A DNA stretch of 59,305 bases, the filler included, from Sphacelaria rigidula (Eukaryota): NCBI GenBank assembly GCA_964200075.2. It is 5 parts of 5 records of this genome, joined end to end, with 100 filler letters (N's around TTAATTAATTAA, not from the genome) between each part and the next. Parts side by side here need not be neighbours in the genome. Positions count along the whole stretch, not along the records: positions 47,527 to 59,305 come from CAXNAA020004514.1; 4 more parts are not named here. One strand, written 5' to 3'. This document shows, one piece after another, positions 49,507 through 59,305 of this stretch. Numbering within the stretch: position 1 is the first letter of the stretch; every line of letters begins with the position of its first letter. The position numbers and the translations under genes were made by a program. A model generated the notes under the pieces. It saw only the letters and a list, made by a program, of their open reading frames with translations, made no database searches and was not told where the DNA came from.

Positions 49507-52500
49507 ATGGACAACGTGGAAATATCGGCCGACGTAGATAACGTTCCATCTGGTACCGCTGGCACCGATGCGGCAGCAGATACAGGAGCGTCCCCGCGTA
49601 AAGCGGACGATCTCCCTGAAGCAAACGATACCCCCGAAGCTCCTCTTCCAAAGCAAGCCGCGACTTTCACGACTTCCACCACCTCCTCAGGCACGGCGGG
49701 CACCGGTGAGATTGTCGATCATGCCGGCGGGGCGATTACGGATCAAATCACCAGCGACACCACCGAGAGAGTCTCGGCGACCGCGGCGGCGGCTGCAGCT
49801 ACGGTGCAGCAACTACCGGCGACACCGGCAGCGGTGGCGAGATCGATGGTGCCAGACAAAGAAGACGACGAGCTGGCAGAGGGTCCGCCTCGGCACGTTT
49901 CGCTGCAAAATTACGCTAGCAAAGACTCGGGGGCGGTGATGCTAGAGAGCTCGCCTGGGTCCAAAGGTATGAGTAATCTTTTGATGAACAGTCGGGACAA
50001 GTACGCGATATCCCCCTGCGAGGAGAAGCAGTGGGCGGTGTTTGGTCTTTCGGAGGATATCATGGTGCGCACGGTCAAGATCATCAGTCACGAGAAGTAC
50101 TCTTCACTTGTCAAAGATTTCCAGGTAAGTTTGTGACCCCAACTGTATTGTGCCGAACTGTGGCTGCTGCATGTGTGCATGTGTGTAGATTTTTAGTTCA
50201 AGACACCGAAAACCACACAGTACACACAGTACAGTACACGGTCCGCTTCAGACACAGCCACGAACCACCGGCCGTAACGTCCAGGTGGCTAGTCAGGGTT
50301 AGTCAGAGCGACATACGTACTTCAACACTTGAGTATCTCTGTCTTGCGACATTTGCGACTACTGATGCTGGGCGGTGGATCAGCGTAGAGTTGTGGACCC
50401 CTTCCCTCCCCCCCTCCCCCCCGCTGCCAGGGCGAAATTGATTTGGCACCGCAGGTTGATCACTGCCAGCTGCGAGAAGATAATAATTACATCATCACCC
50501 TGGTCGCTCTTGCGGGATCTATTTTAGTTTGTTTTGTTACGATTCTTCCTGCGCCATCCTCGGTCCTGCTGCAGACTGACTATACAATACGTATACCTTT
50601 CACCTCGGACGTGCTACGTGCTGTTTGTGAAGCTTTGATGGAACAATAATGTGCGTGATATCTCAATCTCTCCGAACCCGCCGCTGGCTTGCCTTTGCCG
50701 CCCCCATTCTTGCATGTACTTCCGCCTGCTTGGCTCTTCGCGTTATCTTTCGTTGGTCTCCGACCGGGCTGTCGGGCTGTCACCTCGATAAACTGTCTTG
50801 CTCCTGGGGCACAACAGGTGCTAGCGAGCCCAACATACCCAGTGAATGAATGGCTGGACCTCGGCACCTTCACGGCCAAGTTTTTACAGGGGGAACAGAC
50901 CTTTGAGGTGCCTCAACCAGCGTTTGCCAGGTGACATATTGCTGCTGTACGCGGTGTATCTTTCCGTTTCTGTACAGACGTTGCATGACGCGTCCTACAT
51001 GGAAGTAGCATGTGGTTTCGTTGACACACTGGACAGTATGAACAATAGTTACGATAGACAAGAAATTTACTGCGTAAAGTATTGGTATGTTGTATATTGG
51101 AACTATTATCGGCGTTTCGGTGTAGTCGCGGAGGTTTTGCAGAATCACACATCGCATGTAACCGGGCGATTCATGCTCGATCTAGAAAACGTTTGATGCA
51201 GTGGTGGGGGGGATACCATGTGTGTGTTGTGTGTTGTCGTCCCATTTATTCTGGGCGCCAGTCTACCCCTTTCGGGATATGTGGGCACATCAGGTATGTT
51301 GCAAAATGCATAAGCTTGTCTCAAAATGAGCGTTCGACACCCCGTCACGTCGCTTGACTTCAACGTTTTCAATATTCTCAACGGGATCCCGGGCGTACCA
51401 CCATCGACAAGGTCATGGGCGTGGTCTGAATTATTCTAGACTTCGCTGTAGAGTATTGTTATCGTGGCGTCGACACTTATTTTGTAGCGGCTCGGAAACG
51501 AACTTAGCAGCTTGTTGACTACGCCCACGAAATGCAAAGCACGCCCGACCAGCGCTACTTCCGTCGACCTCTACTCAAAACCAGGTATCTCAAGTTCAAG
51601 TTCCTCACCCACTACGGTAACGAGTTTTACTGCACGGTGAGCCAGATTAAGGTGCACGGCTCCACCATGATGGAAAGCTTCCATGACGAGTGGCAGCAGA
51701 GCTCGGCCGAGGTTCGGGAAGTTCAAGACTCGTTGATGTTGACGAAGAAGGACAACACGAAGGCTGCCGCGACCGCCAGTGGTCTTGGCACCAACGGTAA
51801 CGGCACCAAAACTACGACGTCCGCGCCGTCATTGGGCGCTGGTGGCGGTAGCGAAGGCGGAACCGCACCCACAGCAACGCCGACGCGGCATTCCACCAAG
51901 CATCAGACTCCGACGTCGACCGCCGCAACCGGCGATGGCGAGGCCGGCGTGGAGCATAGACCGCACGCTGCATCCGCCGCCACCGTACCACCGTTAGCAG
52001 AAAAGCGAACAGGCACTGCAAGCCCCGGAGGAGGTGGCGACATCGGCTCGGCGGAGTTGACGGTAGAGGATATCGTGCGCGGGGTCCCCGCGGAGATGGT
52101 GGTGCCAGCCACGACGTGCTCGGGACCGATTGGAGTGGACGGGGTGTGTCATGGAAAAATTTTGACGGATATTGCTTCCGGTGGCGGCGATGATGTTGCC
52201 GAGGGGGCGGGTGGGTTAGCGGCAGCGGCAGAATCCAAGATTTTGGCAACCGAGCTGCCAGCCATGGGGGCATCTTCCAGCAATAGACCAAACAGTGGGG
52301 GAGCGGGTGGTCGAGAAAAGGATGCAGCAGGCTCCGGGGCTGGCAGCAGTGGTACCAATACTGTAAATGGGGTAGATGGGGGTGTGCGGCGGAGCGGTGG
52401 TGCCGAACAGCGAGTAGCGATAGAAATTACCGCCGATGATATCGTGGGTGTCAGCGAGGCATCCGGTGCCGCGGGGAGGGAGGCGACGAGAGATCGAAGA

Positions 52501-55500
52501 GAAGGGCTGAAATCAGAGGTTGGGATTACGGGAGAGGAGACTGGAAACGTTCACGGCAACAAGCAGGTCGCGGAAGGTGGTGATGGAGCTGTTGATAGCA
52601 ACGCAGGCGGCAACGGTGGCGACCCGGTCGAGACGAGTGTGAGACCGGCTGTTCAAGCAGTGGACGAAGAAATAGAATCCCCACCCCGCAAGGGCATTAT
52701 CACGAGCACAATGGAGGCAATATCAAAGGCTGTCGGTGGATCAGATGCTGGGAAAAAGCGTAGGAGCGACGATGGCAAGACGGTGGAAGACGCCGCCGCC
52801 GCTGGCGCGCACCCATCGTCGGGATCCTCCGAAGCAACAGCGACAACCACAGACGTATCGAGCTCGGACTCAGATGCCACCGGTGATGGTGTTGTGCAGG
52901 ATGAACGTGGAGCAGTTGAAGTTGATGACGCTCGAGGCGGAGGGAAAGCAATCGGGGTTTCGCCCGAAATCGGTTCGCAGCCCGACGTTGAATTGGGATC
53001 ACAAAAGTCAGCTGAGGCGGGTGGGGGGACGTCACCAGACGACTCGCGGACTTACCCCGCGATGGGCACCGACGACGGCGTGCCGCAGCCGCAGGCGAAG
53101 GAGACAGCGAGTGCTGCTGCTGCTGCTGGCGGAGGTGGGGGTGGTGGCGATGGTAATGGCCCCAATGAGATGCAACACGCGGCGCAGGACCCTGCGGCAG
53201 ACTCAGGGTCTGGAGGGAGCGGAAACATCATTTCCACGAGTAATCGAGGTCGACCTCCGGTACAGAGCGACGCGCCAAATGGAACTCGTGATCGTATAAA
53301 CGGAAATCACGATAGGTCGGAGGCAACGGGTGGTGCGGGCGGGTCAGACGAGGCAAGGCAAGGCCCGGTGGCAGGCGAGTTGGGGGAGACCGGGGAGACA
53401 CTGACGGCTGAAGTCGGAGGCAACCCCTCAGACGTGGTGGGTGCGTTGGCAGACGTGGCACCCGTCACTGATGCTCAGGCGGCGGCGGCGGCGGCAGATG
53501 CTGGGATGGATGTCGACGTGGGCGTAATTGAAAATGACGGTGTTGGTTCAGTGGCAGACGAGGTCAAGGGACGCGCTGGGAGTGATTCCAACGCGGCGAC
53601 GGCAGTCGCCGGATCATTCGGCGATGCCCCAAGCCCGGCGTCGTCGGAGAGAGTCGACAACCAGCAAGACTTGTCACTGCCGTCAGCAACGGTAGCAGTA
53701 CAGAGAGAAGGCAGGCAAGAACCCCTGCCGTCAGACGCCGATCGGCACCGGTGGGCTGGCGAGGGTAATAAGGATGATGCGTCGGCACCTGCGGAGCAAA
53801 GTTTTCCGGAGAATCTGGTGCAATATACAGACGCGGCGCGTGCGGCGGCTTGTTTGGATAGGCTAAGCTTCAGCGAGTTTCGAGATCAAGTCCTTGCACG
53901 CACGCAGCAGGCGCAGCAATCGTCCGGCGGGGGGGTGGCAATTGGCGGACAGTATGAAAGTATCTTCAAGACGCTCATGAACAAGATCAAGACCTTGGAG
54001 ATCAACCAAAGCTTGTTCTCCTTGTATGTAGGTGAGTGATGAATAAAGCTCAACACAGGCACTGAATGGGCGATAGGGGTGTCGCTGTCCGTGCAGTTGT
54101 GCACAGTCGTTCTTAACACCATCATCTTGACGGGAAGCAAATGGTTGAAAATGTTGCTTTTTAGCCCTACAACGTTGTCAGATTTTCCCGACACCTTTTT
54201 CTCGCCTTTACTTCATCCATTTGTTCGCCCATTGTACCTCCTTGGCCATGTCCATTCACTCAACAGTGGAACTTTTGTACCGAAAGAACACACCACGATA
54301 CTACATATCTCTTCCAAAACTCGTCTGAGTGTACCGCGCTGTCCACCTGACTATTTTCACCTTTCTTTCTTTTCAACGTCACGTCTTCAGATGAAGTTCA
54401 CGGGTGCTATCAGGACGTTATCGGGCTCATTCTCGCGGAGCAAGAGCAGGCGCATGCAGTGTGTTCGGAGTTGCTGAGCGCCCATTCCGCCAGTCTGATG
54501 AAGATCGGCGATCAGTGGCCGGCGTTTCAAGAACTGCAGGTAGGGCAGACCGGTGTGATGTCAAGTGTCAGCATTTCAAGAAAGGCAAATAGGGCAGACG
54601 AAGGGGATATCTTGGACGGGGATGCTCGCTTGTCGGTGTCCCGTTTTCTCCACGCAAAGAAGTGCATTTGTTTGTGTTCTCATATCTCCTTTGTTATATT
54701 TACGGCGCGTTAGCATACGCTGGCACGGTGAGATGGAAGAAACCGCGCCACCGTGTTCCCCGCCTGTCGTGTCGTCTACTCAACAAATAGATCCTTTTGT
54801 TTAGAGATCACGTATACTGTAGGGTTCTATTTTTTTTGTCAACCCGAAACCAATCCCTCTTGGCACTTCGAACATCATGTCGAACATCATGTCGCTCGCT
54901 GCCGTGTCTCTTTGTGCGAACAATCCCTTGACACACACACGCACAGACAAAAGTGGCTGAAGTCGAGAAGAGAATGCTGCTGGGCTCCATGGCGTGGTTC
55001 ACGAGCTTGCTCTGCCTCCTTGTCATGGTTTCTACCTGCTGCATCCGATCGTGTGGTCTTTTTGGCGGTGGCCGTCGAAGGGGCCGCAAGGCAAGGGGGG
55101 GGGCTTCGGGTGGAGAGAAGAGCAGGGAAGCGGGAGAAGAAGGTTGGGGAGAAGGAGAAAGCGGGACACCTCTCTCACCACCAGAGAAAAGTCTTCGCCG
55201 GCGGGAATCCACGTTCGATCGGAGCGCTAGCCCATTATCTTCGAATGGTTTCGATTGTGACCACGTAGGCGCGATCGGCAAGGGTGACGGTAATGGGTTT
55301 CATGGGACGGTAGCTCCCAGTGGCAGTGGGCCGGCCTTCCCCATAGCTTGCTCGTCAGATATGAGGGAGGATTGTAGTCGGCGGGATAGCGGCTATTCCT
55401 TGCTGAAGTTTCTGAAACGATCTTCGTCGACCGGCAAGGATTTCGATGCGGAGCGGCGATGGGACGGGAAGCTGAAGGATTCAACAGGCCGTGACGGAAT

Positions 55501-55519
55501 CTTGTCACGTTCGGACTGA
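49507..55519 (+). CDS. Mid-SUN domain membrane protein (SLP1/SUCO/plant SUN3-5 family)
   Basis: Exons 49507-50124, 50818-50930, 51585-54031, 54391-54539 and 54947-55519 are phase-compatible. SUN motifs NYASKDSGA, DKYAISPC, LSEDI, HEKYSSLVKDFQV, YP..EW..LG.F, RYLKFKFLTHYGNEFYCTVSQIKVHG. ESIFKTLMNKIKTLEINQSL coiled coil and a C-terminal TM helix follow. The true start may lie upstream. Confidence 0.9.
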
Positions 55520-56334
55520 CTGCCACTATGATTCTAGTGGCGGGAGGTGCCGGCGGACGGGTCATCGTAAAATTTCGACGACGCTCGAGAGAACAAAGGT
55601 CGTACTCGGGGGCAGGGAAACGAGCAGAGGACGCCGTGCACATCCCCGCAGCTGAAGGCTTGGATGGCGCACGAGAGTCCACGTGATGAGATAGTTGAAA
55701 CTGGACTGAAGCATGCAGGATCTTCGCGGTGATACATGGCGCGGACACTGCAGGCACTCAATGCGCGCATGGCTGATCATGTACGTTTGTTCTTCACCGA
55801 ATGTAGCAGACCACCGACGAGTGGCGAGGAAACCAAGACCGCCGCCGTAGACGACGGGGGGGGCGTACTCATTCGTTGCGTGCCTTGGTTGTTTGTCCAT
55901 TGACCACGCATCCCTTTCGAGACAGGGCCGGAGACGACGGAGGGGAAAGGGGGGGACCTTCCAGCCATGAGTTGCTTTTGCATACAGGTGCTAAGACCGC
56001 CGACGGCGTGCTATCAAGGCTTTTAAACGTGAACGGCGGCAGGGGCACAGAGGAGGCTCAAATTTTCCTCAGTACGGATTTTGGGGTGAATTTGCACGTT
56101 GGTGTCTGTTCGTGGTTGTGCGTTGCTGGAGTGACCGTCTTTTCTGTTGTTTTTTTCGCATGGTGTCTTTCATTGCTGCTACGTTCGCCCCGAGAAGAGA
56201 TGGATGTTGCAAGTAGTGGTGTTCGTATGGCGGCTGCCGCGCCCTCTGCGGCCAATTGTCTCTTGCTTGTCGTTCGCTCTTGCTTGCCTCTGTCAGGTCG
56301 AGCTGTTTGCAGCTTGCTCTGACGCGAACATGTG

Positions 56335-56405
56335 TGTACGCGCGCACACGCACACGCACACACATACTCTCACACACACACATACACACACACACACCGC
56401 ACACG
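56335..56405. repeat. (CA)n-rich microsatellite
   Basis: Directly visible. Confidence 0.85.
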
Positions 56406-59305
56406 TTTGCGTGGTTCGTGCTCTGTTTGTTTTTGTGGTTTCTCGAGGCGTTTTTGTCACGCGAGCACGGCCTCGAGTTCACGGACTGCTTCATTTGTGT
56501 TGTTGCTGTTGTTATTGAAAGTGCATTTGCGCGAGTGCTCTTTGTCTTCGGACCTCGCTTTGTTGTTTCTGTGGTTGCTGCTGCTTATCCTTCCCCTCTC
56601 TGTCGATCCTTTGCGTATGTTCGTATTGCCGCTGTCTCTCTTGCCAACGAGCGGATGATTTCCCGCTCTTTTTCGTTCCTTTTTTCTGGGGGGGGGGAGG
56701 GGAGGCTGTGTTTGATCTCATGCCCGCTGACCACCCTGTCCACGCATGCTTTCATTTTTGATGGATTGGTTTTGTTTTTTGTTTATCTCCGTTGCCAGCG
56801 ATGGAAGCCGGAATCGGTCGCATTTATACATCACGACACGCACACGGTGTGCTTGAGATTTTTGGTATGAGTGAGAAGGTGCCAGAGAGATATTTTGTGA
56901 TATGAATCACTAGCAAGGCATGGCGGAAAAGAGCGACAGCGCCGTCAGCGGTACTGTACAGTTGTATGTGACAGCTACCGAAAATATCGAATAAATTCAA
57001 ATTAGTTAGGCCCTTTTTTGTTTCACAGAGGATGACATCGTTCGTCCGTATGTGGCGTAAGGAGCTCTCATTTGTGTTTTTCATGTTGATCGTGTTTTTT
57101 GTCGCCGAGCGTAATTATTAGCGGCGAGACAGTCTACACTGGTCACGGGGGGGGGTCACAACGTGTGCTATAGTAATGGTCGGTTTCATGTGTATGTATA
57201 CGAAAGCAGACTCACCTGCTGCTGCGGGACGTTCGCGGTTTGTTTAGTGGAAACATTTTAGGCCGATACCCGGCAGGTCTGACCTCTTGTGTTGTTAGTG
57301 AGCATTCATGAAATGGATATTCGTGCCAGGGTCGAGTGTAGAATATATCAGTCAGGTCAATAGTCCAGGTCCTCTCTCTGTACGTTTGCGCGGGTATTTT
57401 AGACATGCTATTCGCCATGGGCGTATGTTTGAATGTGTCGCCCGTTCTTGAAATTTTCTCCATTGGTGGTAGTAGTCTTTGTCGTGGATAGGACGCGAAC
57501 ACACGATGATGGCATTTTTCGCCCTGTGTTGCTGTAAATTATGTACGTGCATATAATACGTAAGAGTATGGATATTCGCGTTACGTTCATATCAGGTGGG
57601 TTGCGAAGTGTTGAGTGTTTATTGATGAGAGCACGCGCGATAGTTGTGCTTTTGCGCTGAGTGATTTGATGAGAGTTATAACACAGGCAGCGCCACATCC
57701 ATGGGGGGATTGTTTTGCTGTGCGGTGCTGTGCGGTGCGATGCTGTGCACCAGGTGAACTCACAAAAGCAATATCAAAGCTTTTGTTTTTACTTTGAACG
57801 TGAGTGGTCTATACTACTTATTAAATACGAAGGCAACCGAGAGAGCAACAGGGCATTGGAACGTGCAACTATATATCCTACCGTAATATACGTTTAGATT
57901 ATGGCAGCTACAAGAAATTTCGATTTTGAATCTCATCCTGCGCTCTGAACGATGGAGATGAGAAGACAGTGCCTGGTAATGATACGAGACACAGCCGACG
58001 ACTCGTCACCGTCGTCAACTCCTCCTGTGGTGGGGAACGCGGTATTCGAACATACATGCACTACACACCAAATAAACAGAGAAAATGGTCTAAAGGTTTG
58101 TTGACCGAGCAGCTTGAAATGGTTCACGGTGTGTGCAAGTTGCAGACTGCTGCATTTCAACCGTCGCAAAAGCTGGGTCGGCCGAGAAGCACCAAATGAT
58201 GGTAGAAAAAGGGTAGATGGCCATGCCTTCTGAATGGCACTGAGTGAGGGAAAGCTGGAAGTATCGTCGTAATCCTCTAGGCGGGTCACGCGCAGCCATC
58301 CGAGTTAAGAATCCATGTCTGTACTGTTTTCGACACCGCCGTAGTTCTCTTGCTGTTATTTGGAGAAGAAAATCTAGGAGTGAGCGATGGAAGAGTAAGC
58401 AGATTTCGCACAAAGTTTCTGAACGTGCAACTCCCGAGGTGAGGGTGAGAGTGGTCGACGTCTCATCCCGCGTGATGCGTCGTCGTTCGAAAATTCGGCC
58501 GAAACCCCGCTGTTGTCACGTCTGTAAAGTTAAAGGCGGGGAAGATTTTGATGAAATTATCGACACACGTCACCCAATAATGTTGTCGGGGGAAAAATCG
58601 AATAGCTACTACTGGGGCACTAGTTTTTACTCGTCATTGCGAGGAACTCGCTGACACGTTCCATATGGATGAACTTTGCTATTTTGTGGACGACGAGATA
58701 CGACCAACATCCCAAACAAATGTGTGGACAGAGAGTCGGAGGCAAGCCGGCGAAGAAAAAGGAACATGTTCAGGGAGCAAAGAGAAGATGTCAAGGGTCG
58801 GACGAATTATAATGATTCCTCCGGAAATTCCTTTGAGGCCCTTGGGGCTGAAAAAACTTCTACTGACCCGAAATTCAAAAAGTGTCCGTCCGCCCGTCCG
58901 GGCCTCATTATGGAGCTCCGAACCACGCACTTTTTTTTCCCGAATTGATTCGAAGCCACCAGCTGAGAGGCTTGTACTGCTCGAAAATGCCATTGAACGT
59001 AGCGGGCGATTCGAAAATAATCCATCTGTAGTATGCAGTAGCAGAGACTCTCCATGGGGAGCGGGGGATGGGAACAAGTAAGTCAAGGCTGGCAGTACCC
59101 GGGGACAAGGGCGCAAAATTCTTCACGTCCGGACCGGGAAACACGCCTGTCGTTGAGTAGAATGCTTGTGTATTTTTCGATCGCGGGTTACCATTTGTTA
59201 GTTATTGTTTTTTCGGATGAGGAATCACACGTGGCCATTTGGCTACACCCCAAAATGCCTCCGGAGGGATGCGCGGCCCTCCAGGGGGAAAAAAAGCCTC
59301 CGGAG

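Noticed and set aside
55520-57100. Hydrophobic ORFs such as 56256-56870
   Set aside because: The sequence is GT/CA-rich and low-complexity, probably the 3' UTR of the SUN gene.

Overview
Eukaryotic nuclear DNA with intron-rich genes. Gene style and repeats suggest a brown alga or related stramenopile, which is an inference. The window is not one locus. It is five contigs of 11,783, 11,782, 11,781, 11,780 and 11,779 bp, sorted by size and joined by artificial 100-bp spacers (N44-TTAATTAATTAA-N44). Contig 1 (1-11783) holds a decayed Ty3/Gypsy LTR retrotransposon whose pol frame is interrupted by a 293-bp near-perfect hairpin element with a 2-bp TSD. Contig 2 (11884-23665) holds nine phase-compatible 5' exons of an axonemal dynein heavy chain (DNAH6-like). 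Contig 3 (23766-35546) holds seven C-terminal-region exons of CFAP57/WDR65 on the minus strand, including a GC-AG intron, plus a decayed LINE. It also contains the most unusual object: a 1.6-kb TIR element with an 8-bp TSD, filled with a ~43-bp-period array of a conserved palindromic core separated by variable spacers. Contig 4 (35647-47426) holds the last two exons of a TPR protein, a terminal exon with SPxK repeats, and fold-back and dispersed repeats. Contig 5 (47527-59305) holds a SEL1L/HRD3-like gene head-to-head with a nearly complete mid-SUN (SLP1/SUCO-like) gene. No rRNA, tRNA or true CRISPR-Cas locus was seen. All calls are by eye, with no database search.
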